Virus record (IMG/VR): IMGVR_UViG_3300050190_000114
Length of the DNA stretch: 53,692 bases
Direction: 5' to 3' (one strand)
Source: a virus
Part shown: in pieces, positions 1 to 9,123 of the stretch
Position numbering within the stretch: the first letter of the stretch is position 1
Layout: each line of letters starts with the position of its first letter
Made by a program: the position numbers and the translations under genes
The notes under the pieces: generated by a model
Told to the model about the DNA's origin: nothing
Database searches by the model: none
Seen by the model: only the letters and a program-made list of their open reading frames with translations

Positions 1-127
1 CGGATATTACCAGGATGCGAACGTTGAACGGGGCGCAGTGGGCAAAGGGTAAAGAGCCTCATCTTTGCCCCCTCCAGTTCGACATTGTGAACCGCGTTAT
101 CAATCAGTGCTCCCAGCCGGGCGAGAC
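1..127. repeat. Terminal overlap: nt 1-127 are identical to nt 53566-53692 (circular closure, unique length about 53,565 bp)
   Basis: Direct comparison of both window ends. An ORF reads through the junction in frame. Confidence 0.95.
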
Positions 128-350
128 GGTCCTGGATTTCTTCGGGGGACTGTTCACCGTGCCCTATTGCGCAGTACCGTTAAACCGAAGGTCTATTGCC
201 GTCGAACTGAATCCGGGTTATTTTCGGGATGGAGTTGACTACATTCGAGCGCAGGAAGAAAAGGCCGCCATGCCCACGCTATTCGACGTTTCGGAGTGGA
301 CTGAAAAGCTAGAGGCCGAGTTTCCCGACGAAGTAGCCGAAACATCTTGA
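1..350 (+). CDS. C-terminal end of the helicase-DNA methyltransferase fusion (continuation of 51078..53692 across the circular junction)
   Basis: Same frame as the 51078 ORF through the 127-nt overlap. Carries the MTase motif I-like segment VLDFFGGLF. Stop at 348-350. Confidence 0.85.
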   Translation, partial: DITRMRTLNGAQWAKGKEPHLCPLQFDIVNRVINQCSQPGETVLDFFGGLFTVPYCAVPLNRRSIAVELNPGYFRDGVDYIRAQEEKAAMPTLFDVSEWTEKLEAEFPDEVAETS

Positions 351-1057
351 GAACCAACAGCGGAATTCCCTATATCCATCCGAGCGCGGAATGGCTCCGG
401 CAGCAATACGAAACGGAGGGACTGGACTGCGTACAAATCGCCGCCATCTTCGGTTGCGATTCAAAGACCGCGTGGGAATGGGTCAAGGCCGCTGGCATCG
501 AAACGCGCAAGCGCGGCCACGGTCACCCCGCGAACCATTTCAAACCGGGCCATAGAAACAGCGTCGGCCGTAAATATTCGGCAGCGACCATCGCTAAAGT
601 TAAAGCGAGCACCATCGCACGCGGGCAAGTTCCATATCTGAAAAATGGAATCCATTGGCTCAAGCATCCAGGCGCCGTAAACGGGAGATGGCTGGGCGGA
701 ATCACGCCAGAGCGCCAAACCTTGTACCGTAGCGCAGAATGGAAAGAAGCCGTGAAGGCCGTTTGGAAACGGGACAATGCAATTTGCCAGCGATGCGGGC
801 TAGACCATCGGACGGTAAAGCGCACATTCCGTTCAAAGTTCCAACTCCATCACATCGACGGCTTCCAGATAGTGGAACGGCGGGTAGCGCTCGATAACCT
901 GATCCTCGTCTGCCGCTCGTGTCATCTTTGGATTCACAGCAAAGAGAATGCCGAGCACCTGTTCTTGGGCGCGGGCCATGACTTTGACCCGGCTCCGTTT
1001 TGGAAATCAGGCGCGATTCTGCCAGAAAATCCGCCAAAGGGTATTGACTCCCGCTGA
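347..1057 (+). CDS. HNH endonuclease with an N-terminal HTH-like region
   Basis: Motifs NAICQRCG, QLHHIDG and LVCRSCHLWIH. The TTG start overlaps the upstream stop. Confidence 0.75.
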   Translation: MRTNSGIPYIHPSAEWLRQQYETEGLDCVQIAAIFGCDSKTAWEWVKAAGIETRKRGHGHPANHFKPGHRNSVGRKYSAATIAKVKASTIARGQVPYLKNGIHWLKHPGAVNGRWLGGITPERQTLYRSAEWKEAVKAVWKRDNAICQRCGLDHRTVKRTFRSKFQLHHIDGFQIVERRVALDNLILVCRSCHLWIHSKENAEHLFLGAGHDFDPAPFWKSGAILPENPPKGIDSR

Positions 1058-1106
1058 GAGTAGGTATACCATCGTGTACGATCCTGTTTAGTTCGGTAAC
1101 GATCCT

Positions 1107-1334
1107 ATGGCAAAGCCTCACAAACTAGCAGATGGGCGGTATGAATGCCAGAACTGCCTAAGGAAATTCAGCAAAACCCCGCACACCTACAAAGACCCGC
1201 TGTTCTGTTCAAACCCCTGCCGCTACGAGTTTCATCACCAGGGCGGAATCAGCTTGAAGCGAATCGAATCGAAGGTGAAGCGCTGGGTACGCGAAGAGTG
1301 GGCCGCTATCAAGGCGGAAGAGGCGCGCGCATGA
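1107..1334 (+). CDS. Small zinc-ribbon-like protein
   Basis: Cys/His pattern YECQNCLRKF...FCSNPCRYEFHH. Coupled to the next ORF by ATGA. Confidence 0.5.
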   Translation: MAKPHKLADGRYECQNCLRKFSKTPHTYKDPLFCSNPCRYEFHHQGGISLKRIESKVKRWVREEWAAIKAEEARA

Positions 1335-1576
1335 AGACGGCTCACGGTATTGCGCTGGACATCCTTTCAAACGCGGCGGCCAAAACGTTCGACGCGGCTA
1401 AGCGCAAAGCTTACGAGCAAGGCGTATCAGACTTTGAAAACTCCACCCGAGATCATCCCCCTTATGGATTCAGCGACCTTCAACAAGCATGGAGATTAGG
1501 ATGGTTAGCAGGTAAGCAGAAGGCCGAGGGTTTGAATTCGGGCCGTCGCGCCTGTTTGGATGGGAAGTCCGCGTAA
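1331..1576 (+). CDS. Hypothetical protein
   Basis: ATGA overlap with the upstream stop. Protein-like composition. Confidence 0.55.
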   Translation: MKTAHGIALDILSNAAAKTFDAAKRKAYEQGVSDFENSTRDHPPYGFSDLQQAWRLGWLAGKQKAEGLNSGRRACLDGKSA

Positions 1577-1767
1577 TGACGTGGATACCTCAGCGAGCGC
1601 CAGGAGGCGGTAGGCGGCGATCATGCAATTGTGAAACGTGGGGCTGTGTTAAATGTATGGCGCGATTCTTGACGAACCACTTTACGATGCTGAGGCGCAA
1701 CCGGGGAACGACGCGACCGAAACCGAACACGCAGCCGATGCGGAGGTACGAATGGGATCGAACGTAG
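1576..1767 (+). CDS. Hypothetical small Arg/Cys-rich protein (weak)
   Basis: TAATG coupling to the upstream gene. Overlaps the next start by 16 nt. Confidence 0.3.
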   Translation: MTWIPQRAPGGGRRRSCNCETWGCVKCMARFLTNHFTMLRRNRGTTRPKPNTQPMRRYEWDRT

Positions 1768-2186
1768 TCAAAACGCATAAATTCGTACCGAGCGGTGGAG
1801 ACGGTTGCCAACAGTGCGGATTCGGGCCGGGAGCGCTTGAGCACAACACCAGCCAGTCAGAATGGAAACGAATCACCGACCCGGAGACATTCCACGAGCC
1901 GCCGAACTATTACAACCGGGGCGGATACCATTGCTTCGACGTGATGGACGCGCTCGGACTGTTCACAAAATACTACATCGCTTCCGCGTTCACCTATATC
2001 TGGCGGTGTGATTTCAAAGGTGACGCCGCCGAAGCGCTCCGCGATCTGAAGAAAGCGCGCCGATACATCGACTGGGAAATTAAGCGGCGAGAGACAGCCG
2101 ACGAGCGGACCTCACACCCCGACCCGCAGCCCACCTCCATTCAACAACCAAACCGAGAAGAAGGCTTCCCAATTCTCCCAACATGA
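1752..2186 (+). CDS. DUF3310-like phage protein
   Basis: SD GGAGGT lies 5 nt before ATG 1752. The track ORF 1653..2186 is in the same frame. YYNRGGYHCFDVMDALGL...FTYIWRCDFKG...DLKKARRYIDWEI resembles the DUF3310 signature as I recall it. Confidence 0.6.
   Translation: MGSNVVKTHKFVPSGGDGCQQCGFGPGALEHNTSQSEWKRITDPETFHEPPNYYNRGGYHCFDVMDALGLFTKYYIASAFTYIWRCDFKGDAAEALRDLKKARRYIDWEIKRRETADERTSHPDPQPTSIQQPNREEGFPILPT
2103..2145 (+). repeat. R1 repeat copy 1 (GCGGACCTC..ATTCAAC)
   Basis: Member of the 15-copy family. Lies in the 3' end of 1752..2186, 38 nt before the next start. Confidence 0.85.
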
Positions 2187-2431
2187 CCCCCACCCGTCTA
2201 CGTGAGATAGCTTCCCGTGTCGAAAGAGTCTGCTCCAATTATCAGGAGTTGATCGGAGGCGGGTACATGCCTTGCCGGGGATGTCAGGAAGCAGCCCTTG
2301 AACTGAGAGCGCTTGCCGCGGCGGGGTTATCGCCTGGCCCGACGCCAGTGAAACGGAAGCCATCAAACGAAATGGATCATCAACCGCGCAATACGCAACC
2401 AGAACCGCAGCAACCGGAGCCAGCCGCATGA
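2183..2431 (+). CDS. Hypothetical protein
   Basis: ATGA overlaps at both ends. Confidence 0.55.
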   Translation: MTPTRLREIASRVERVCSNYQELIGGGYMPCRGCQEAALELRALAAAGLSPGPTPVKRKPSNEMDHQPRNTQPEPQQPEPAA

Positions 2432-2826
2432 AATTCTGGAACTGGATTCTCACCAAACTCGGCAAACGCTTCCCGTTACCACCCCGGCATATCTTGACCT
2501 ATGAGGAAATCAGCCGGTATTGGATGTCGATGAGCGAGTGTTGGCAGAGGCAGTGCTTGATTACCGTGTTGCGGATTCGGAAGCCGGTAAAGGGCGATGA
2601 GCGTCCGAATATCTGGGTGGTACCGCCTTTGTTCTCGCCTACGCAATGGTGGCCGAGCCGAGTCGATATCCTCGGCAAGCTTGGGCGGCCCGAGCCTAAC
2701 AAGGATCTGATCGACCCGAACAACAGGGAGCGCGACCCGTTCACCATCCGTATCGATCGAGAATGGGAACGTCAGCCAGGAATAAAAGTAAAAGAAGAGG
2801 TATGCATAGCTAATTTTGAGTTATGA
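2428..2826 (+). CDS. Hypothetical protein
   Basis: ATGA overlaps at both ends. Confidence 0.6.
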   Translation: MKFWNWILTKLGKRFPLPPRHILTYEEISRYWMSMSECWQRQCLITVLRIRKPVKGDERPNIWVVPPLFSPTQWWPSRVDILGKLGRPEPNKDLIDPNNRERDPFTIRIDREWERQPGIKVKEEVCIANFEL

Positions 2827-3140
2827 CAGAGAATGAGTGTTTGAATGGAGGTGGTCTGCAAGGTTTCGGAAGCGTGGTCCGCTCGTGTACTTGGCAGGAC
2901 ATTCTTAATACTCGGGGCTACGTCATTATTGTCCCAACATGTCGAGACGAGCGGGTCGAAATTGGCGTACCCATTACCTTCACAGTGACAAGTGGGAACC
3001 TGGGAGACTTGGCACCCGGTTTGCTTCTCCCAATTATGGAAACGACATTTGCCGATTTTTTAGAGCAAGCTAAGATGTATCCTAACCCTGCCATATGGTG
3101 CGGAGAAACAGATAGGTATTACCGATGCATAGCCGAATAA
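2823..3140 (+). CDS. Hypothetical protein
   Basis: ATGA overlap with the upstream stop. The N-terminus is encoded by a reverse-oriented R1 copy. Confidence 0.55.
   Translation: MTENECLNGGGLQGFGSVVRSCTWQDILNTRGYVIIVPTCRDERVEIGVPITFTVTSGNLGDLAPGLLLPIMETTFADFLEQAKMYPNPAIWCGETDRYYRCIAE
2839..2884 (-). repeat. R1 repeat, reverse orientation (GTTTGAATGGAGG..GGTCCGCTC)
   Basis: Its reverse complement matches the R1 consensus. Confidence 0.8.
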
Positions 3141-3145
3141 ATCAG

Positions 3146-3190
3146 GGCGGACCTCACTTCCCAACACGCAGACTGCCTCCATTCAAAAAC
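3146..3190 (+). repeat. R1 repeat, intergenic copy at the convergent junction
   Basis: Sequence GGCGGACCTCACTTCCCAAC..CCTCCATTCAAAAAC. Not inside any plausible ORF. Confidence 0.85.
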
Positions 3191-3201
3191 AAAAAGAATA
3201 G

Positions 3202-3531
3202 CTAACGCCCAATAATAATCATGGGTGTCTTCCGTTCCTCTTTGGTTAAATCGAGCTCGTCAGCATCTCTCCAGATCATTCTGAATACGGGTGTCGCTCC
3301 GTTGGTTCGTACTTTGTATTCCATCTGGTAGGCTACGTCGTCTAGGAAAGATCGGTCGGCGCAGAGGATTGCTTTTGCTCGAGGGCAGTTGGGGGAGCGG
3401 TCTCGGTGGGAGTCTTCGACGTAGCGGCAGATTACTTGAATCTTGGAGCCGAGAGGGATATCGACTCTCCAGGCTTTCTTGCAGCCGTCACATACTCCTG
3501 ATACTGGGAATTGGTTTAGTATTTGCATCAC
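3202..3531 (-). CDS. Hypothetical protein (last gene of the leftward operon)
   Basis: 4-nt overlap with the upstream gene. Cys-rich. Confidence 0.55.
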   Translation of the reverse strand: MMQILNQFPVSGVCDGCKKAWRVDIPLGSKIQVICRYVEDSHRDRSPNCPRAKAILCADRSFLDDVAYQMEYKVRTNGATPVFRMIWRDADELDLTKEERKTPMIIIGR

Positions 3532-3893
3532 TGAACCGATTCGGGTTTGGGCTCGACGGGCGGCGCGGACTCTTGCTCGTCAGTGCGCGGTAGCGTGATG
3601 GCGTGGAGATATGTGCGCCACTCCTCTTGTTTAGCGAGCGAGTATGCATCAAGCGAATCGAGACACGCCAGCAAGCGCCAGCGCTGAAACCAGCCGTTAT
3701 CCTGAACCAGCATGTTGAAGCGGCTAACCGGGAGTTTCTGATTGTTCGCGGTGCATCGCTTGTTGCGCGGGTCGATGTGAAAAGCGATCCGATTGAAGAA
3801 GGCGGTACGCTCCCGCTTCTCGTGGTCTTCATCCATGATTGGATCGGGATCTGTTTCGATCACGGCGCCGCAGAGTTTGCAGGAGCCTTTCAC
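3528..3893 (-). CDS. Hypothetical protein
   Basis: 4-nt overlaps at both ends. Confidence 0.6.
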   Translation of the reverse strand: MKGSCKLCGAVIETDPDPIMDEDHEKRERTAFFNRIAFHIDPRNKRCTANNQKLPVSRFNMLVQDNGWFQRWRLLACLDSLDAYSLAKQEEWRTYLHAITLPRTDEQESAPPVEPKPESVQ

Positions 3894-4177
3894 TGCATCC
3901 CCTTTCGTTTTGCCTGAGCGGCCATGTCGTCAAGCGTGCCCAAGTTGCGCCGTAGAGCATCCATTGTCAGATCTATCACTTTTGCTAGAAGGCATCCTGG
4001 GTTATGCCGAAAGTCGGCTTGATGGCATTCTGGACAGGCCGCAAGGTCGCGGGCGAGGATGGCCCCTTGAGATTTCAAGAACCCGTTAAAATCGGCCTCC
4101 GTCAATCCCGAATCGTGCAACTGTTCCTGACGCACGCCCATGGCAATATAGAAATAGAGTTTTGCCTGAATCGTCAT
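3890..4177 (-). CDS. Hypothetical protein
   Basis: Operon packing. Protein-like composition. Confidence 0.55.
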   Translation of the reverse strand: MTIQAKLYFYIAMGVRQEQLHDSGLTEADFNGFLKSQGAILARDLAACPECHQADFRHNPGCLLAKVIDLTMDALRRNLGTLDDMAAQAKRKGMQ

Positions 4178-4179
4178 CG

Positions 4180-4458
4180 CTAGACCGGCTCCGCGTCCCC
4201 TTCATCGTCCGAATCATCGTCCTCGTCGAACTCACAATCGAGTTCAAACCCTACGGGCTGAGAGGTGGTCGAATTATGAGCGTACCCGTCGCATTCTCCG
4301 TTTTCATCAATTTCTGCGTACCAGGGATCTGCGACGGTTTCGTCCAGGTAGGACTTTCCTCCGTACGGTTCTATGGTTCCTGTGATGTAGGAGTCTGTAC
4401 CTTCTTCTCCGTCTACTAGGCGAAAGGTGTCGTCAGAATTAGAGATTTCAATTTTCAT
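4180..4458 (-). CDS. Strongly acidic small protein (possible DNA mimic)
   Basis: About one third Asp/Glu, including the tail DEDDDSDDEGDAEPV. Confidence 0.55.
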   Translation of the reverse strand: MKIEISNSDDTFRLVDGEEGTDSYITGTIEPYGGKSYLDETVADPWYAEIDENGECDGYAHNSTTSQPVGFELDCEFDEDDDSDDEGDAEPV

Positions 4459-4940
4459 TGTGGTGAACCTCCGTTCGCCGGGCTGCTCAGGTCCGTGGCT
4501 GGGCTTTGCGCGGTGGAATTCTGCGCGGAGTCGGCGCGAGTTACAAGAGCGCAGATGCGCGATATGAGCATCTTGTTCGATTTGGTTTTCCGGCCTTTAT
4601 TCTCCAAGACACAAACGGACTCTTCAAGTGCGTTAGCCATCTCGGTTACAAGATCCGCTAAATCATCCTGTGTCCGTTGATGGGGACTGCCAATCCTGTC
4701 GGCCATGTCGCTAAACTTGGACAGGATTTCATTCATTCCTGGAACAGGCGGCGGTTCGATGGCGTGGGCATCTTCGTACTCGCCCCATGCATCAATCGCG
4801 GCTTCGGCGTCCTTCAGAGCTTCATCTGGCCGCTTCCCGCCCGCTACCATAGTCGCGAATAACTGAAAGGTCTGCGCGTTCCGAAGTGAGGCGCGTTGTG
4901 AAATCTTGATGTGTTCCAATTGTTCCGGTGAAGGTGTCAT
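4455..4940 (-). CDS. Hypothetical protein
   Basis: 4-nt overlap with the downstream gene. Confidence 0.6.
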   Translation of the reverse strand: MTPSPEQLEHIKISQRASLRNAQTFQLFATMVAGGKRPDEALKDAEAAIDAWGEYEDAHAIEPPPVPGMNEILSKFSDMADRIGSPHQRTQDDLADLVTEMANALEESVCVLENKGRKTKSNKMLISRICALVTRADSAQNSTAQSPATDLSSPANGGSPQ

Positions 4941-4947
4941 GTGCTCC

Positions 4948-5220
4948 TCATTTCGGTTGAAACTCGTTACAGCGGAATTCGGCGTGAGTTGCGAGTATCC
5001 CGGTTACCTTCGGGCTTCCGATGGCGATAAAGCGGGGCCGCTCCTCCGGGTGCTCGGAAAAGTAGACGGTCTCGGTTTGCTCTTGCGCTCGTTTGCAGTG
5101 GCCCCAGTTTGGATGCACGGTGTTTTTGTATTTCCAGAATCGGCACGTTGAGCAAGGGCCGGTCACAATCGCCACCGAGCGGACCACGCGCCGGAAACCT
5201 TTTTGTACAGCCGATGCCAA
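4948..5220 (-). CDS. Small Cys-containing protein
   Basis: Pattern CSTCRFW..GHC..FRC. Operon position. Confidence 0.5.
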   Translation of the reverse strand: MASAVQKGFRRVVRSVAIVTGPCSTCRFWKYKNTVHPNWGHCKRAQEQTETVYFSEHPEERPRFIAIGSPKVTGILATHAEFRCNEFQPK

Positions 5221-5233
5221 ACCATAATCGTAC

Positions 5234-6865
5234 TCACTGAACTGCTACCGCACTATACCCTATAAACTCATCTAAGAACTTCTGAAACTGCGGAAGCCTC
5301 TGCGGAGCGATCTGATTCCACACTGGCGGATAGTTCTGAATCATCGCAAAGATTGTTTCCTTGCCAGTGTTCTGAAGTAACGCAAAGGCGGGCGGGCCAT
5401 AGTTCTCGATCACGAACCGGGCAAAGTCGGCGCCTGTTTTGTTTCGAGCCATGTGAGACAGCATCGGAGACGCCAGCGCGGTTAATTGATTGGCGACGTT
5501 TTGCATGTGATCCATTCTAGCCTGATCTTCCGGCGAAAGGGCAGGCTCGTTATCTTCACCCTCGGCCGGCGCGAGCGGCTCGGTACCGGGCTGGCCCGTG
5601 GCCGGATTCAAGGGCACGGCTCCTACTCCGTTCAGCTTGTAGTTGTACAGCATCACGTTGCCTTCCCGGAGTAATTCAACGCCACTCTTCATAATCTGAG
5701 GCAGGGCTCCCAGTAGACCTCCCCAGAAGCCTGCCGCGGTGGAGGGCTTTTCCTCTTCGTCCTCTTCTGGCTTTTCTTTCTTGCCCGTCATGCGGTCGAA
5801 TCGTTTCGCGGCGCGCTCCAATTCATCCCACTGTTCATCGACGGTTTTGGGTTGAGGCAGGGCGGCGCGATACTGGGCGGCTTCCTCTTTGGCCCTTGAG
5901 GCTTCAGCTTCGGCGCGCTCCACGTCTTTGCGCATCAACTCCCGGACAAGGGAATTATTCTCGCGCTGAAGCTCGATGTAAGGTCCCATGTCGGCGGCCG
6001 GGGCAGGGGCTGGCGTCATGGTCTTTGCGAGCGTGACGAGCCCCTCTAGTTGCTCCTTGACGGTTCCTTGCTGGGCTGGTGGACGGTTCACGTTGATCTG
6101 TTCCCGGAGAAGTCCTACCAGTTCGGTTCCGACGCCTCCGGCGATATCGGATTGTACAACCTGCGGGCCAGGCTGGCCCATTTTGTCGAATGCCTTGGAG
6201 GCGATTTCGCCTAAGACGCTGGTAGCTGCCATTTCTTCCTCTGCTCCTTGCTGAGTATCGGTTGCTTTCAGCATCCCTTTCGATACGAGAATCGTTTTGT
6301 ACCGTTCGTTTGCAGGATCGCTGAAATCGACCTTTCGGTCTGGCGGAATGATCGGCATGTGCTCATTCCAGTTGTCACGGTCAGTATCGAGTCGGGCATT
6401 GGTGAGCGTGCCGTAGGGCCGTTTCAAATTCTGATTCAGCCGAAAACTGTACGTCCCGAGCCCACAACGCTTCAAAACCAACTCAAGGCTTAAGGGCGGG
6501 TCGAGGTGACTGAACTTATCGGCGCATGGGTTCGAGAAATCCGGGTTGCCGGCCGCCGTGGTGGTCTCGACCGGCTCCAAAATCGGCCAATGCCGGTAGC
6601 AATAAACGACTCCGCGCTCCCGTTGCTCGGTGTTCAAGGTCTGATTCCAGTATTCGCAGAGCTGATCGAAGCTTAATTTACGTGGAGTGCGGGGATACTC
6701 TGGAATTTCGGCGGTTTCAGGGGTATCCGGGCTCGACTGGTCTGCCATAGTCGATTCCGCGGCTTTTTTGGGCGTCTCGGGAGTCGCGTTTTCGGCTTCC
6801 GCTGCGTATTTTGATCCCTTGCGCGGCTTCTTTTTGATCTCTTCGACCGTCGAAACGCCTACCAA
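5234..6865 (-). CDS. Large hypothetical protein (543 aa) with a coiled-coil/acidic central region
   Basis: Longest ORF in the region. GAGGG lies 5 nt before the TTG start. No recognisable catalytic motif. Confidence 0.7.
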   Translation of the reverse strand: MVGVSTVEEIKKKPRKGSKYAAEAENATPETPKKAAESTMADQSSPDTPETAEIPEYPRTPRKLSFDQLCEYWNQTLNTEQRERGVVYCYRHWPILEPVETTTAAGNPDFSNPCADKFSHLDPPLSLELVLKRCGLGTYSFRLNQNLKRPYGTLTNARLDTDRDNWNEHMPIIPPDRKVDFSDPANERYKTILVSKGMLKATDTQQGAEEEMAATSVLGEIASKAFDKMGQPGPQVVQSDIAGGVGTELVGLLREQINVNRPPAQQGTVKEQLEGLVTLAKTMTPAPAPAADMGPYIELQRENNSLVRELMRKDVERAEAEASRAKEEAAQYRAALPQPKTVDEQWDELERAAKRFDRMTGKKEKPEEDEEEKPSTAAGFWGGLLGALPQIMKSGVELLREGNVMLYNYKLNGVGAVPLNPATGQPGTEPLAPAEGEDNEPALSPEDQARMDHMQNVANQLTALASPMLSHMARNKTGADFARFVIENYGPPAFALLQNTGKETIFAMIQNYPPVWNQIAPQRLPQFQKFLDEFIGYSAVAVQ

Positions 6866-7032
6866 GTAGCCCTCATCTCTTTGTGGGACAAGTATTTATA
6901 TATAGATATAAACCTACATGATTGGCAAACGGGCGTCAAGGGGGTTATGGTTAAGCCTGTTGTCGTGTCTCTCGTTCGGATGTCTCCAGCCGGGGCCGTC
7001 ACGCAAGCGGTCCCGGTGCAAAAAACTTTTGA
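6866..7032. promoter_or_regulatory. Divergent intergenic control region with an AT-rich core
   Basis: Separates the leftward and rightward operons. Contains TATTTATATATAGATATAAA. A leftward TTGCCA-N18-TATATA candidate is present. Confidence 0.4.
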
Positions 7033-7707
7033 ATGCGGGTTTACGAACCATCCTTCGGTGGAGTCATCAACGTTGACGCCACGCCTCTCTCTGAAGACCC
7101 CGACACCCAAGTAGCGCAAGTGATCGACATGATGGTCGATTACTCGGATGCGGATTCGTTCTCTCCCGAGATCCGCGCCGATGCGTTGCGAGGGTGTGCG
7201 TTAGGGAACGGGGATTGCATCGCCGGCAACTGGCAGGACGTGAAAAACTCGATCCGCTTTGTTCAGGACGAAGACACAGGGGAACCGTTCAGCGCCTGGC
7301 TGAAGCAAGCGCACGATGGCGACGGCGTGCCAGAGGTGCTTGTTCGTCCGGTGGACATGCGCAGAATGGCCGATCCGAAAGGGGATTGCGATTGCTTCTC
7401 GATGACGATGAGAGCTCGCTTGCTTGCTTTGGGAATTCCGGCCGGCTTCGTGACGGTAGCAGTGGATCCTGAAGACCCTGGCCGTTATTCGCATGTGTAC
7501 AACTTCGCGGATTGTTCCGGGGGTCAATGCGGGCCGAATTGGTCAGGACGTGTAGCGCTCGATACGTCGCATGGTCAGTATCCGGGATGGGAAGCTCCTA
7601 ACCCGTATGGGAAACGAGCGGAGTGGCCGCAATCGGGATGGAAAGTTCTTGGAGCTGTAGCTTTAGTAGCGGCTCTTGGGTTTGTTGCGTGGAGGGTGTG
7701 GGCATGA
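7033..7707 (+). CDS. Transglutaminase-like cysteine protease fold protein with a C-terminal TM anchor
   Basis: C-H-D pattern: GDCDCFSMTMRARLLALGIPAGFV, YSHVY, ALDTS. Hydrophobic C-terminus. Confidence 0.65.
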   Translation: MRVYEPSFGGVINVDATPLSEDPDTQVAQVIDMMVDYSDADSFSPEIRADALRGCALGNGDCIAGNWQDVKNSIRFVQDEDTGEPFSAWLKQAHDGDGVPEVLVRPVDMRRMADPKGDCDCFSMTMRARLLALGIPAGFVTVAVDPEDPGRYSHVYNFADCSGGQCGPNWSGRVALDTSHGQYPGWEAPNPYGKRAEWPQSGWKVLGAVALVAALGFVAWRVWA

Positions 7708-7907
7708 CGCATCCTTATATATTGGCCGCGTCACTGTGCCCGATCCGTGCGAACCATTGCGCGGCCGCAGAATACTCGGTCAGAATATCGAAAACAAGCG
7801 TTGCCCAACATTCTCAAGCGGCATTCTATGTTTCCGCGCTCCCGCAAGCCGGAAACCTTCCTTTGCTGGTCAACGGCGGTTTATCCACAGTCGAGGAAAA
7901 CCTGTGA
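7704..7907 (+). CDS. Bridge ORF A (sense ORF filling late cassette A)
   Basis: ATGA overlap with the upstream stop and GTGA overlap with the downstream start. L5 core at 7747-7764. L3 block at 7851-7886. Confidence 0.45.
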   Translation: MTHPYILAASLCPIRANHCAAAEYSVRISKTSVAQHSQAAFYVSALPQAGNLPLLVNGGLSTVEENL

Positions 7908-8554
7908 TACTCCCGATCACCTTAACCGGCAGGCTCGGGCTACCAGGTGGAGGTGTTCCCAACTTCGCACTCGATTCCCAAGGAAACGTAATCGGCGCCG
8001 AGTTCTGGCCTTCAGGATCAGACGCCAGTGGAGTGGATCCGGCAACCGGCGAACCGATGACCGCGGAATCCGGCAGCTCGTCACCGTTTACTAACGATGC
8101 CTCCGTGTGGACCGGAGAAACCCCAGGAGCCCCCAGCATCCTCGATATCGGCTCAAGCGTTCTCAACGTCGGATCGCGGCGCAACACCAGGGGTACGCAG
8201 TGGGACCGGATAGGATCGCAGCGAAGCGAATCGCAGTTTGATAAATGGCGAAGAGCAGGACGTCCGACCGCTTGCTCCAAAGGAATCGGCGATTACACAT
8301 TGTCGAACGGAATGCCGTGCGATCCAACCGTATACGGAGCCGTGCTGTGCCAGGACACAACGCAGCGGATTCTCAACGCGATCGCTGCAGGCGCGAGCGT
8401 AGCGGCCGGCACTCAGGTTCAGCCAGCATACGGAACGCCGGGATATGTCGGCACGCTTCCGCAAGTGGCAGTAGCAGGCTCAGCTTCACCTGGCGCATGG
8501 ATTGTTGGGATAGCAGCCGTAGCAGCAGTTATCTATCTGGTGAAGAACCGATGA
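7904..8554 (+). CDS. Late protein with a C-terminal TM anchor
   Basis: GTG start preceded by GAGGAA and the L3 block. Same frame as track ORF 7676..8554, whose N-terminal extension covers cassette A. Confidence 0.65.
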   Translation: MILPITLTGRLGLPGGGVPNFALDSQGNVIGAEFWPSGSDASGVDPATGEPMTAESGSSSPFTNDASVWTGETPGAPSILDIGSSVLNVGSRRNTRGTQWDRIGSQRSESQFDKWRRAGRPTACSKGIGDYTLSNGMPCDPTVYGAVLCQDTTQRILNAIAAGASVAAGTQVQPAYGTPGYVGTLPQVAVAGSASPGAWIVGIAAVAAVIYLVKNR

Positions 8555-9123
8555 ATCAGGTTTTGAATACAGGCGGCGCAGGCGGTCAAGGCAAACGGGA
8601 GCGCGGCGGCTGTGCTCGCACCCGGAAACAGAAGGTCACCGACCGGGCAAAGCGGTACCGGGCCAATCAACAGGCTTGCCGTCCATCCGGTTCTCGAGAA
8701 TGCGCCATCTGTGGTTCGACTCGTTTTCTAACCATCGACCACAAAGACGGTGACGAATCGAACGGCGCGAAATCTAACCTCCGCTGGCTCTGCAAATCAT
8801 GCAACACGCGGGAAGGGGCGAAGATGGCCAGAAAGGGCAAGGGCCGAAGAACGGCTCAGTACAACCCAGGCGCTCAATCGCTGGGCGAATACGTCAACGC
8901 CGTTCTGCAGCATACCCGCAAGGCGCATGACGAAGGCGGGCGCATCATCCACGAAACCCCGAAGTCTAAGCGCAGGGAATACGCTTCGGAAATCTGGAGC
9001 GCCCGTCAAGCGCGCGGCAACCCGCTGAAGAAGTGGACGCCGGCGACACTGAACGGCGCACGGGTACGGATTCGGGCGGTGGGCAAGGGGCTGCAGATTG
9101 ATCTCGGCAAGGTGGGGCGCTGA
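8551..9123 (+). CDS. HNH-motif basic protein in the structural module
   Basis: ATGA overlap. Motif CAICGS..LTIDHKDGDESNGAKSNLRWLCKSCN. The C-terminal WTPATLNGARVRIR segment is shared with the next protein. Confidence 0.6.
   Translation: MNQVLNTGGAGGQGKRERGGCARTRKQKVTDRAKRYRANQQACRPSGSRECAICGSTRFLTIDHKDGDESNGAKSNLRWLCKSCNTREGAKMARKGKGRRTAQYNPGAQSLGEYVNAVLQHTRKAHDEGGRIIHETPKSKRREYASEIWSARQARGNPLKKWTPATLNGARVRIRAVGKGLQIDLGKVGR

Noticed and set aside
1-127. Terminal repeat as a biological direct terminal repeat or cos region
   Set aside because: The repeat is inside a coding sequence that continues in frame across the join, and its length equals a common assembler k-mer. An assembly overlap on a circular or permuted genome is the more economical reading. 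Read mapping is needed to be sure.
7676-8554. Track ORFs with long N-terminal extensions (7676..8554, 8245..9123, 13759..14790, 15154..16032, 18914..19693, 28185..28985, 48415..49929)
   Set aside because: The extensions overlap upstream genes or cassettes. Internal starts with stop/start overlaps or SD sequences (7904, 8551, 14215, 15523, 19292, 28404, 48604) give the compact operon structure seen everywhere else.
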